A stretch of DNA of 60,358 bases, taken from NCBI GenBank assembly GCA_000697335.1, contig JNEM01012943.1:1-60358 (forward strand). The letters are read 5' to 3'. Below the pieces are notes generated by a model. That model did no database searches, had not been told where the DNA came from, and saw nothing but the letters and a program-made list of their open reading frames with translations. Source of the DNA: Conidiobolus incongruus B7586 (lineage: Eukaryota). Shown in pieces: positions 37,517 to 53,086 of this stretch; the stretch's first letter is position 1; every line of letters begins with the position of its first letter. The translations under genes and the position numbers were made by a program.

Positions 37517-38195
37517 TTTAAATTAATAAATAATAACAACAATAAAAACTATAATATAAAACTAGAAATGATTATTATTATCTATTTGTTATTAATATGT
37601 ATTGATAAAAGATTAAAAGTTGTTTATCAAAATCAAGATCCATAATTGGTATTTATAGGACCCTCTCAAATTTGAATCTCATTTTGAATATTACATTACG
37701 TAATAAACCACTTAAGACTTACCATTTTTATTGTTATGATATAATTAAATCTCAAGATCACTTGTTTATTGCTTACCTTTCTTATTAGTTATAATTTTAT
37801 GTTTTCAAAACTTGTTGAAAATTAATTTAATACAAAACCTTTTAACATATTATATATTTAACTAATATCATTATTTCTCAAAAATATGCCGATTTCGATT
37901 ATTTTATTTAAAATATCGAGTTGTTTGATCATTTAATTATTATTGATTATATTACATGAAATCATTGTATAATGATAATTGAATAAATTATAACTTTTAA
38001 TCATAACTGATTAACTAAATATGTCAATTGGCTTTTATCAATGATGTATATTTTATATTAATATGATATAAAATCGTTACCAAAATAGTCAACTTTGAAA
38101 TATTTTAAATCACAATGAATACAAATAAAATTGTTTTAATGTACTAATATAAAATATATTCAAGATATTATTAAAAAAATTAAGATGAAATATAA

Positions 38196-40460
38196 CTATT
38201 CTAACTCAACACCACTTTCCAGTACTTCATTCACTTCATTTTCCATCAACTTGATCCAAACGAGACATCCTTTAGCTAAATCTAATTTTCCGGATCGTTT
38301 TAATTTCAATGCTAATGCTTTATCCTTAGTGATCTGGGATTGTACTTGCTCAATATATTGTTTCAATGATAATTGACCAGTTTGCACTTGAAGCATAAGA
38401 ATTTGCAATTTGGCTTGGAGTGAAGTTAATCGATCTTCCTGCTCAGGTGTCAAGTTGGATAATTTTTCTAATTTTTCAATTTCGTGACTCAATACCATGT
38501 TCGATACAATATTATTGACGCTATTAAATCATTAGTTAGTAATTGGGTACCAATTATAATAATACATCGATATTACTCATAATAAGCAGATTCGTTTTCA
38601 TCCATTTCTTCCTCTGTAGCATCTGGCATATTTGTGGTAGGTTCCACTGTTTCAGATTGAGGAACTGATGGTGATGTTTGATCAACATTTGTAGTTTCAG
38701 TTTCAATCGGAGCCTTTGGTTCATCATTAACTGGTTTTAATTGCTCAAAACCAGTGATCATAATCCAATTCTCCTGCTTCTTAATGATTGCAGATTCGAT
38801 CAATGGAATTCTCTGACGAAGTCTAATATTAAGGGTTCCTCCGGTAGGCCTTCTAGTATTAGAATCAACCAACTAAATCATATTTAGTAAAGAATAAAAA
38901 CATTTGAATTAATTATGTTACTTGGAGAGTTTCTTCAACAGTAGTTTCTTTAAGTAGACGATCCAATTTCATTTGAGCCTTTCCTATTGAATATGATTTC
39001 CATAGGAACCCTCTATAATGAAACACTTCAATTATTAGTTTCTTTCTCTCTAAATGTCTTTGGAAAGGCTTAGTCCTCTCAATAGGGATGAGCTGAGTAA
39101 AATTAAACTGAGGGTCAGAATCTCTATTAATTACAGGAGTGTCTCCTTGCCCTTGACTAGAGTTAGCGGGCCAGCCAAAATCAAAGTGAACATATGAATC
39201 AACAAACTTTGGACCGATTTCTTTACAAGAAAGATTATTAGCTTGTCCAATGAAAATTTCCAAAGCATTGGGTGGCACATCAGGAACAGATTTGTCAAAT
39301 GTATATACCACTTTTTCTTCAGCAGTGAGAGGTTTAGGAAGTGGGTCATTTTCAAGATTGGATTCAAGCTGAGATAACTGCTCCTTCAATTCCTTCTTTA
39401 ATTTGTGAAATCTAACCGCATTTACTTTATCATTATTCTTTAGGTAATAAGATGCTAATTTGGTGCTTAAATCCACTTGAGATTGGATTTTAGGGATTAA
39501 TTTCTCGTAAATAGATCTATTAGAAAGAACCTCTTTAACTGGCGATTTAGGGGATTTAGGAGATTTCGGATTCGGACTTATTTTTTGAGACTGAACTGGT
39601 TCGCTTGATACTGGATGGGCACTAGTATTTAAATTCAAATTAGGAGGTGGTGGAAGTGTAAATGAACTTTCCAAAGGTAGTCCCATAGATACAAGTTCTA
39701 AGGGTTTATCAAGAGATTTGGCGATGACAAGCATTTCTCTAGCATGAGCGAGATCGTTGCTCTTTTTATAAAATAGAGCTGCTTTGCGATATTCATTTCT
39801 ACGCATTTCAATTTGAGATTGAAGAAGTTGTAATTTAGGTGATATGGGTACATTCGATTCATCTTCAGACTGAGGATGATTAAGAGATAAAGATAATGAA
39901 TACCTATCTGAGTCAAAATTTCTTTCACTGGGTGGATATTGAGCTTCTAAGCTGGCATTATCTTCTGTATATGTGCTCAATGGAGGACTTGCTGGACGAG
40001 AAGGGTTTGCTGGCTGGTCTGAGGAAGGAGATAAGTTTGAGGTAGGAGGGTGGATATTTGAGTTTTTATCTTCACCACTCAGTTTAGCAAGTTCACCCTA
40101 AAATAAAATAGTTAAAATACTATATAAATATTTGTAATTTATAATTACTAAAAGGATTGGGTCATTCATATCTTCTTCAGTCACTATGACTTGTGGATCT
40201 TCTGTATCTTCGAAATTATCAATACCAGCACCATTTAAAGCACTCAAATCCAAATTGGCTTGAGCTGTTAATTTTCCCAATTCGTTCTAATAATAAATAT
40301 TTAATCGATATATCTTCAATGAATAAAGAAAATGGATAAATACCAATAATTCATTATCATCGAAGTTTTGGTTGTTATCCATAAGCTCAGGATTGAACTC
40401 TAAATCCTGATAATTGAAATTATTTTTGTTTTCTTTGTTTTTGGATTTGAATCCGAACAT
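38196..40460 (-). CDS. CC2D1/Lgd/Freud-like protein (DM14 repeat + C2 domain), multi-exon
   Basis: N-terminal VTEEDMNDP.LL.EL motif, DM14-like RRNEYRKAALFYKKSNDLAHAREML, C2 domain (DSYVHFDF..TPVI..PQFNF..EVFHYRGF..G.A..KL..L), RRPTGGTLNIRLRQRIPL, and C-terminal VSNMVL..E..Y...A..LKRSGKLDLAK..L. Confidence 0.85.
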
Positions 40461-40604
40461 AATATTATACTGAAATTATTAATAGCTGGTCTATATTAAC
40501 GTATTAAAGATATCTGTTAATAAAAAACGAGACTGTGCGACATGAATATTTATATTTAATTTTTATTACCATTAAATTATGGGATATCAATATTAGCAAA
40601 ATAT

Positions 40605-40937
40605 TAACACGTCTTGGGAAAGCCGTGTCCGGAATAGTATAAGCAAAAGAGAGAGATATACGGAATTCCAGGTAAAGGTTAGGGAGATAGGGGGTTTATT
40701 GGTTTAAGCCAAATAGCTGGGAGGACCCAGATCGAACTCCTTCTGTGTAGAATAGCTCTGTTTCTGGGTTCTATATATAGTGCATAGAGTAGTAAGTTTC
40801 TGGAGTTTTCTGGAGGGTTGTATCATTAGCTGATTAAAGGATAGGGTTGAAGTGGTTGGTCACGTGAGGGGGAATGACCCTTATATTCAGTTGAAGTAAG
40901 CATATTACGTGGGAGGAGAGTCACCTGACTCGTGACA
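40605..40937 (-). mobile_element. Solo LTR (333 bp) with 4-bp TSD ATAT
   Basis: GC-rich island. The minus strand begins TGTCACG and ends CGTGTTA (imperfect IR). ATAT lies at 40601-40604 and 40938-40941. TATA-like CTATATATAG at 40771-40780 is followed on the minus strand by AATAAA at ~40695-40700. Confidence 0.75.
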
Positions 40938-41159
40938 ATATTATTTAAAAATATAATTAATTGAACGATATCTTATACTAATTATTATATTCAATATCAT
41001 CGCAAAGCCTTTAAATTATTATAATAATAATTAACTTATGATAATAGAACATCTTTTAGTTAAATTTTAAATTGAGTAGTTAGACAACAAAATAATTATT
41101 CAAACAATATTTAATAAAATTTATTTTAGGAAAAAGACTTTTAGTTGATCTTATATTTT

Positions 41160-43021
41160 TCAATCAGATTTTTTCGTAGATTCAATTTTAGGTTGGAATT
41201 GTTTGAAAAATTTAACTCCTCCAAATTTGAAAAAGGCCCAAGAAATAAACAATGCAATATGACCAATATAGTATAATTGGGCCCAGATGTTTAAAGAGGG
41301 AGTGAATTCTAAAATAACAAAGGGAATGATGAAATAACTAAGAGAGATTTGAGACAGTGCCCATCCTAATATGTTGTACATTCTAATAATTCCTGGATTA
41401 GATTTACCAAGATACATCACAATTGGTCTTAAAAATCTTCTTAAATCTGATTAAAATTATTAGTATTAATTTGATAGAGAGATATTATATTAAACTTACT
41501 CTTGGATGTTTCGCTAACAAATCCCATTAATAAAAATGTTACTAAAATGAATGATATATTAATAAAGCATAATAATTGCATAACTGAATTAAAATTACAG
41601 TAATATCCAGGGTAAAAGCCGTGCCAGAAAGCTGAGGTGGCAAAAGTACAAAGAGATGCAAACGCAGTATCTTTTGTGCCAACTGGAGCCAATCTTAAAT
41701 AAACATAATGTCTTAACCACTGGTTTGTACCAATATTCCAATTATCCAGAATGCCTTTTAAGCTTTGACTTGTTTCAATTTCAATTACTTTTACATTAGT
41801 CATTCGATCCCTATGAATTTAAATGAATATAATTATAAAAATACTCCAATATTCATATTTACCATTTATGATTTCCTTTTTCATCCAATCCATTGTATCC
41901 GAATCCTGATAAAATGCTTGCACCTTCAGCTAATAGCCAAACGAAATAGTATCTATTACGTTCCATAACAGCACTTAATACCACGTAGGAAAATCTAATC
42001 GTCCATAAAGTTGATTATATTGATCATTCCTTAAATTAAGTTTTTGCTTACTTGTTAAAGAAGGTTAGTCTGGAAAATTCAGGTCTTAAACAGTAGGATA
42101 AAGAAAAGATTGGGGAGACTGTAAGCGTTAGGATAACATAAAAGATACTTTGGGCGAAGACTTTCAAGAATGGTATTATTGGATAAGGATTGTTCTTATT
42201 AGACTAACGAATTTATCAATATATAATTAGATAATCCAAATAAAAGCAAATAAACTCTTACCAATTCACCCTTCTGTTCAATAAATCGCATATATTCGGC
42301 ATACTAAAATCGTATATAAATATAAGTTGAAATAAACAAAATAATTAATAATATTACGTCAAAAGCAGGACCTGCAGCGAACCCACAAAAGAAAAAGATA
42401 TAGCCTAAAAATTCCAACACAGAAGGAATTTTGACAATTTTTCTAGCTCTTTGATATTCAGATAATTCCTATAAAATAAATTAATAATCGTATTAATTTT
42501 GAATTTATCTAGTTTTACTTCATCTTTTTTAGATCCATCACGAACGTTCCAAGCTAACATAGTTAATTTAATGGTCCAAATCATTTGAGGCCCTGAGTGA
42601 TCTAGTGTAGCTTGTCCATAGTCATAGATTTGTCTATAGATATGACTAAAGATGTTGATTATTAATATTATATCATTAATAAATTCGTATATGGTTATAA
42701 TTACGTATATGACATATGACCCATCGCCCAGATAAATATAAGTTTTGGAGCATTATCAGGTTTAGCAAATAATAAAATCGAATAAGTGACGATACAGCTA
42801 ATTATAAGATGTATATATCCAGCTACAGAGCCATGAATACCAAGGAATAAAAATGTGGTGATGAAAATATTAGATAAGTGCTTTAAACTGGCAGAATTAG
42901 GCAAAAGTCTGAAAATACAGGCAATAGGATATGTTAGCAAGATGCTAGAAATGAATCGTATTTGATCTAGTGGAAGTCCTCCAGCTAAACCGGATAATCT
43001 TTGAAAAAATTCATCAAACAT
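41160..43021 (-). CDS. ALE1: MBOAT lysophospholipid acyltransferase, Ale1/Slc4-like, multi-exon
   Basis: DHSGPQMIWTIKLT, PSVLEFLGYIFF..GP.F, RYYFVWLLAEGA, WNIGTNQWLRHYVYLR, SAFWHGFYPGYY (catalytic His), and an ER-retrieval-like KKSD C-terminus. Confidence 0.93.
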
Positions 43022-46000
43022 TTGTTGATTATTCAATTTTAGTTGATATTATTGATTATTTATATATAGTTCAATAAAATATTTTTTGAAATTTGTTTAA
43101 GGATTTGAATATTGATAGTATTGTTTGTTTGAGTTTGACTGAGTAGTATTATATTGGTGTATTAATTAATAATCAATTATAGAACCCTTTTTCTCAACTT
43201 TAAGGTCACAGACCCTGCTTTATACCTTTTCAATAGTACAAAATAAATCCAATTGGCACCCCGGATAATTAAATCAAATCAATGGAGAAATGAAATCAAA
43301 GAGAGTTTAAGAGTTGGAGTTTGCAACGTTTGGTAAATCCAGTACATTTCATTGGTTTAATTTAATCAAATTAAATAAGATTAATGAAAAAAATTTAACA
43401 AGCTTGATTTTCTTGATATTTAACTATTTTAACAGTTCTATATTTTGTTTATCCTAATTCAAATCCCAATGAGCCTCCCAGTATTCCCCACTATCTCCGA
43501 ATTCCTTCAATCAACTTAGATTTTCCGGTCAAATATTTGAATTAAATTAAAATTAATTATTTTCATCAATAATATGTTTATTTTGATGTTTTTCAATCAA
43601 TTGTTTACCCGTTAACAAAAATATATATTATTTGTTTTTAGTCCAAGTTTTTGATTAAAAATACTAATTGAATAAAATATTTAATAATAACACTATTTAA
43701 GCATAATTAATATTCTTCACCAAATATAAATGATTTTTTTCTGTTTTTAAACAAAAAAGAATACAAATGAAGTCAGAGTCTGAATCAAATACATTAATCA
43801 ATCATACTTCTTAATACTCAAATGCAATTTATATATCCTTTAATCAATTTCAATACTTCATAGTATACTTTATATTTCAGCTTATTTATACTATTCTGAT
43901 GTGATTTCCTAAGTTAGAAATCAAATACTTCGGTTATTGATGATTATAAAAATGATTTAATGGGAAATATGAAAATATGATAATTAAGGGTAAGATATTT
44001 AGTTAAAATATGCCGAATAATATCACATCTAAATATCATATGTTTCCCATATTATAACTACTGTTTTTCTAATTTTTGGGGAGTTGATAGAAGCTATTTC
44101 CAATACAATATTTGTTTTGATTTTATTCGAAATCTGAAAGTTAATTGATTTTTGATAAAAGCTTTTTTACATACTGATAGTATGTAGTATAATGCTATAA
44201 CTAATTTATTGGCATGAATAATATTTTTGCTTTAATTTTATATTCTAGCTTGTAAATCATTATTTATCAGATATTGAACAAAAATGAGAGGACTGGAAAA
44301 ATTTAATGTAAAGCTCAAAAACCATAATCCAGGAATATTGATGATAAATTAAACAATATTATTCACAGCTGATTAAAAATTTTTATAAATAAACATCAAT
44401 ATATTTTATGATTAATTGACACTCAAATCCTATAAATTTGAACTTAATTTCTTATTTCTTATATATGTATATTACTAATTTAATATCTGAAATAGATTAA
44501 TACCGATCTCTATTTAAATATAGATAATATTTGGTATATATATTATATCTATAAAATTAATAAGATATTAGCAATATTTTGAAATACAATCAAAAAATCA
44601 ATTCCAAAGCTACTTATTAGCATGTACTTCAAAGTTAAATCTATTGATTAAATATATAATTTGTTTATTGATATCATCACAATAACAATTTATTAAATAT
44701 TTGAATCTGTCCTCAATCAATATCACGTTACTCTTACAAATTTACCATTTTCCACAAAAACTAAGATTTATAGTATATTTAAATAAATGTTAAATATAAT
44801 AGCTATATATTTTTCTAATTTACAGTCTGTATTATATAATTTTTTATTTCGAATATGAAATTATTTCATAATTAAAATCAAATTTATTAAATAACAAATT
44901 TGTGAAATATAAAACTTTTAAATTGAGATATTTTGATATATATAATATTTTTCCTCCAAAGGTTATTGATTTATATAAATTATTTGATCAATATATGTTT
45001 ATTAAATATAAAATATATAATCGGAATTTGAAAAACAAATTTAATATTAACTAAATTTAAATACCATTATTTCTCATTTCAATGTATCTATTTATTATTA
45101 GTGAATAATGTGTATATTTCCAAATATTTGTAAAAACATAATTTTGACCAAAAGCAATATATTTTGAGTATAAAAACAAATATAAAAGGTGATTAAATAA
45201 ATTGAAAAATCAAGAATTTTAAAATTATTATAGAAATTTCACTTATATCAAAAATTTTAATATTTTTTTTATAATAAAATATTCAAACTTTATAGATCAT
45301 ATATATTTGAAATAATATATTCTTTATTAATAGATAAATTTTTGAGTATGAATTATAAGTTATATTTAAAAATTAAATTTCAATAATATTTGAATATTGA
45401 AAATTTGTAATCATATTATAAAAAACATATCTTGTTTTTATTTTATATTAATATTAAAGATTTTAAATTATAAAAAAAATATTTTTTTTTATTTCATAAA
45501 TATCTTTTATAAATATATTCTAATATATTTTTAGAGAATATTATTAAAATATTGTATTTTACCTTTAATATCAAATATATAATCTTTTAACTTTTGAAAA
45601 AGTGTTTAATAGATTTATATTTAATTATATTTAAATTAATATATTTTTACTTATATTTATAATAAATATATCCATATTTAAAAAGCTAATATGAATGAAT
45701 CTAATTAATGATTCATTATTTAACTTCTAGTTGATTTGTTTATATCAATATCTTATGTAAAATGATAGTACTAGTTATTCTAATTGGATGAAAATATTTC
45801 TGTATTAAATTTAATATAAAGATCACTATTTATTAATAATAAACAAGGCTTTTTTCTATTTTCATAACAATAATAATATAATAAAAGTAAAAAATAATTC
45901 TTTAGTAAATATTTTATTATAATCAAATAGTGATCTCAACCAAGATATATTATAAAAGATCATTTTATTAAAATGTTTGGATTATAGTATTTTGAAATAT

Positions 46001-47491
46001 TTAGAACTAATAATAAGCAATAGCTTCCTTTGCTAATATATTTACTATAATAATACCATAGAATAACTTAGTTAGTTTATAACCAGCAATAGTATATTAT
46101 GTTAATTTAAAAGCTAAAGATATTGAAATAAATATAGTGTAAAAATACAAAATAACACTATCACAAAATGATTGCTAGGAAATAATAAGTAAACTGCTTA
46201 AATAACATCAACCAAACCAATAAAAATCTGTTGATTAATGACATGAGGTTATATAATTAGAGTCTCTAAATGATTTATTCAATAGTTATAAATTTATAAT
46301 TAATTAAAGTTGAGATATCAATGTCCATTTATATACAAGTTGAAATAATATCAAATGATGTTTGAAGATTACCACCAAAGATTTTTTTTCTATCACATGT
46401 TGTGATTTTCAGGGTAATTGGTTTACTATATTGAGAAATATAAAATCTTTCAAAAAATACTTTTATAGAAGATTTTTTCTATATTAAGAAATGACTATTG
46501 AGTAGGCACTGGAATTTTGTCCATATTGATATATTTATCCATATTTAACCGTTCCTATTGGCTAGTAATTTCGGATTTCTTTTTTAGGTCCAAAAATTTG
46601 TTGTGGTGATTTTAATGAGTATTTCATTTAGGTCCGAATTTAAATATATTCCTATGAATCTTAAATAGTGCAAAATTTTTTTCTTTGACTTGATTAATAT
46701 GATTCAATTTTTAATTCTCAATTAAATTTCAAAAAAGATTATTAACTCTAATTTATAGAATATATGAGATTGAGTCTGAGAATTTATCCATTTAATAGAT
46801 AAATTTGAAATATATGTAAAAATAATGATACTAATATATCTTTTCAATTTTTAAAATCATAGGATAAAATATTATTTTATTGAATTTTATGGAACATTCA
46901 TCAAAATACGTTTAAACAAAAATACCGTGCACACCAAATATTATCTAATAAATTTATTCAGGATTTTATTGGCTCATCAATTAATTCATTTTATCACAAA
47001 AAACAAAATTAATTATGCGCATTGATCGATTATATCAACACATAATCTAGTGTAGATTATTAATTGAATATTAACTCAATATCAAATTATATATATATAT
47101 ATATATATACTATTTTATTTTATATCAATATTCTATAATTTTTATTTTTTTACATTAAAGGGTTTATAAATCTTTATTGAATCCACAAAATTTTATTTCG
47201 GACTGTAAAATTAAATATTAAGATTTTTGTGCAAATGTCCAATTGGATAATTCAGGTAAAATAATTATTAGCTGATGCCATTTTTAATTTTTTTTAATTC
47301 ATGGAATTAAGTTAAAGGATTTGAGTAATGGATATGCAATGAACTTGATTCGAGTATAAAAGCAAATAATTTCCACAACACTTTCCAATTAATTTTTCTT
47401 TTTTACTTATTCAATTTTTAACCTTTGTATCTGTTTATCATATTAACTTCAATTAATCAAAACAATATCCTATTACATATATTTTATTAAA

Positions 47492-47992
47492 ATGATTGAG
47501 TATGGAATATCTTCAAGTTACTATCTTAGGAAATTTTCATCATCAACTCTATTGTCATTGAAATTGTCATCGATTTTATTTTCTGGAATCCATTATTTAT
47601 TAGTCGCATCTGCTCAAGTGCAGGATTTACGAACGATCTCTCACTTGGTACTAAGTTTACTGACCTTTACTTTAACGCTGTATCTTGTCGATTTGGATGC
47701 AATGGAAAATGTATTACCTAGATCTGTTCATAATATCTTAAAGGGAAGCTATAATCCACATGATACTATAGTCAGTCTATCAGCTCATCTATGGCTATTT
47801 CTGATTGTATTAGCACCATTACCTCAATTAGTTAATGATCCCTTAGGTGTAACAAAAATCATTCCAATCTTAAACTTTTTTATTTGGTATCAACTCCTAA
47901 GGACAATGTATATGTATCTATTTATTTACTTTTCAGTGGTAGCTATTTGGGTATATACAATTAAATTATTGATGTTTACTTTAATATTTTAA
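47492..47992 (+). CDS. Hypothetical multi-pass membrane protein, 166 aa
   Basis: 500-nt stop-free ORF with higher GC than its flanks, AAAATG start context and about 4-5 hydrophobic segments. No family recognised. Confidence 0.6.
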   Translation: MIEYGISSSYYLRKFSSSTLLSLKLSSILFSGIHYLLVASAQVQDLRTISHLVLSLLTFTLTLYLVDLDAMENVLPRSVHNILKGSYNPHDTIVSLSAHLWLFLIVLAPLPQLVNDPLGVTKIIPILNFFIWYQLLRTMYMYLFIYFSVVAIWVYTIKLLMFTLIF

Positions 47993-49481
47993 ACATAAAG
48001 CTATAGATCACTTTAAATATTTCTGTTGATAGAAATTTTAATCACCGTATAAATAAACAATAATTAATAACAATCATAATATATAACTTGTATCAACATA
48101 CCTTGGTTTTCTAAGAGAATCTATTTTTCAAGTTCAGTTTAAATTTTGAGAAAAAATTGATTAAAATATTTTCCCATCATATGGTTTTATTTAATACAAC
48201 ATATCAAATCATTAAACAGGATTATTAGTAAAATGGCTAAAAAAAATATTAAATGAATTCATTAACCTTAATAAAATTTAACCAACCGTTCATGTATATC
48301 CGTTTGTTTCTTTAATTATATTCTGATTTATTTTTATTCTAGAAATAAAATATGCTATTTACAATTTTTCCATGTGATCTATTTGTTCATAAACCCCAAT
48401 CCATTTACTCGTTTAAGAGCGAAAACTATGTGAATATTAAACAATCCTCTTGTTAATTATATCTAATTTGAACAATTAATCAGGCAAGAATCTTTTTCTC
48501 TATTAAAATAATATTATGATTAAGTATTATAGATTATTGCTCTTAAAAATCAGTGCTAAAAAACCTCAACTTTTTAATATTAACTCTTATTATAATTTAT
48601 GTTTTTAATCCTTTAATTTATATAAACTAATCAAGAGAATAATTTCAGGCTTATACATTATAATACATATTTTTTGATTTTTAAATTCTAAAACTACTAG
48701 ACATATTTGAGATGTACCAAAGATATTTTAATTATATATTATGATATATTTTATTGCATAGTTAAAATTTTATATCAATTGGATGAATAATTCTTTGAAA
48801 ACTACTTTCATCTAACAGCATCATTATCCTTGCAATTTTTAATAATCAACATAATAAATGCTGTTGAATATGTTACGTTTTTATAATTAAACATTTTTAA
48901 GCATAAATAGTAGTTTTAGAGTTAACATATATATACTAATACTAGAGAATATCAAAATCATATTAGTATATTTCGAATTATACAGAGTATTTATATTTGA
49001 AAAAAAAAGCTTATACATTATCCTTGATTTTTAATCATTATAATTAAAAATAAAAATATCATTTTAAATTACAATTACAACTCTCTGAAATAATTTTATC
49101 AATTATTATTAAATTTACAATTTTTATTAACATCAATTAAAATTAATATTTTATTAAAAATCGTAAAATTAATATAAGAGTTATCTCTTTAATAGTAAAT
49201 AATAAGTTTCTATTAGATATTAGAGTATATTATAGTTAAATAAAGAGTTAAATATCTATCGATACACAATAAAAATATTGTATTAATATCCATTATAATA
49301 AAATTATAAATCTAACCTATCTATTATTGACCATTGATTATATTTAATAAATAAACATGGAAAAGTATTATAAATCCACATTAAAGCACAGTAAAAGGAC
49401 CCAAAAGTAATTATTAGCATTGATTTATTAATAGTTATTTGAAGAAGATATTATCATAATTATTAATAATATATATTTTTA

Positions 49482-51115
<1,634 letters not shown>

Positions 51116-53086
51116 ATTATTGACTATTAATAATTATATTCAAAATGGTTTAATTGAAATATTAATTTGATGAATAAATTCCAATTTAATTACTTATTTA
51201 TATCACATTAAAATTTAAAAATATGGGAATCAAATATTAAAATGTTAATCTACTCAATTATTTTACGCATCAGTTTCTAAAAATATCTGAGTGTTTTTAG
51301 GAAATTTGTTATTAACATCACATTTGACACCAATGATAACTAGTTCTATTAATAGTAATATGGATAATCTCTATTTTATACATTATCTTAATCATCATGG
51401 TTATATATAATTCTTTTAATCAATATTAAAATTTACTTAAAATTTTCTCATTCAAATATAATGTTTAATATATTTTAATTTTATTATCAATGAAATTTGA
51501 TTAAATTAATTTTTTTGATAATATTTGCCTTTATGATTTATTTTGTTAATCTTGAATAATTAAAGAAATATATTCTGATTTAGTACTTGATGTTCAGATA
51601 TTGGAATATATCCATGTGTTATAAATAGCTATAGATATTATATATTTTAAATGATAAAAATGCATCTTTATAAAATTTGGATTAAGTACAAAATAATATG
51701 CATTTTATTAAATGTATTAAAATATAACTACACTTTATTTTATCTATCAAATTTGTTTAAAATCAGTTCACAATTTACAGTTTAGTATAAAATTTTATTA
51801 CTAGAGATTATTTGTAATATTTTTGAATGAGATTTTAAATCAAGATAATTTCCTATAATAAAACTGATTGGAATAAAAGTAATATTTAAATTTAGCCATT
51901 AAATATTATTTATTTCAATCTAATATTAATATATTTATATTTGATATTTTTATTAATTTAATAATATAGAAATTTAATTTTTAATTTGTAATCTTTTAAT
52001 ATTATAAAAATTTTCTACTTTTACTAAGAATAATTTAAATTTTTTAATTTAATATACAAATTTTAATATTTTCAAGAATCATATAAAAATACCTCTAATA
52101 CATAATATTTAATGATTCAGTAGGAAATAAGAGATAGATTATTGATTGAAAAATTGATTATTTAATGTAAATTAAATAGCATGTTTTTGATTACTATTTA
52201 ATATTTTAAATTGAAAATAGACATAAGTAATAAAGTTAATTAATCACTTATAATAATAATAATAATAATAATTTCAACTTTAATTTATCGTGGATTGCAA
52301 AATATTCTATTTAATAATAAATACATTAATTAAAAGTTTAAAATATTTTATAAAATTTATTTTGCATATTATCATTAATGAATAAATTATCAAACTTAAA
52401 ATTTTGTGTGACTACTTAAAAATCAACTCAAAAATATTTTTTTTATTCTGATCATGAAATTGTTATTATAGTTTATTTCGAGTTATCATTATAAATTCTG
52501 TCAAATTAATTTCAATTTTAAATTCATATTGTATACCTTGGAACAATTAATAATACATATTACAATTTATTTCTATATATTAAATTCTTTGTATATTTGA
52601 TTAGTTACAAATTATCTTGAAGTGAAATATGATCAAAAAATTGTCAAATTTACACTAATTGAGTTTTAAAGACTTAAATATACCTTTGATATTTAGCATC
52701 GTTACTAATTATAATTATAATGCTTAATTCTGTGTTCTCTATATATAGATATGTGTAAATAGTATATAATTTAATATAGTGATTTTATATTTACATCGGT
52801 TTAATCAAATAGAAATCATAATTGTAATATAATTTCCATATACAAATTTAATATTAAAAAATTAACAGTGATTGATTGAACATCAAATATAATAGATAAA
52901 CTAGTAATCAACTTGAATAGATTAAAATTAAGGCTAATACATTAAATTAATATATAAATGTAAGGTGGTTTGAATATAAATACAATCAATAGTCTTTAAA
53001 AAAGATTGAACGGAGAAATGGGATTATTAAGAAATTAATCTCTCTATTAAATAAAATATTTTAACAATTAAATTTATTCTTGCTGT

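Noticed and set aside
2331..43021. Apparent clustering of endomembrane genes (VPS11, synaptojanin, UBX5-like, CC2D1-like, ALE1)
   Set aside because: The category is broad and common, and no shared regulatory motif is visible; it would need conserved synteny to mean anything.
43990..46250. Hydrophobic stop-interrupted frames vaguely like GPCR pseudogenes (~44000-44350 plus strand, ~45950-46250 minus strand)
   Set aside because: AT-rich DNA yields hydrophobic translations by chance; no unambiguous motif.
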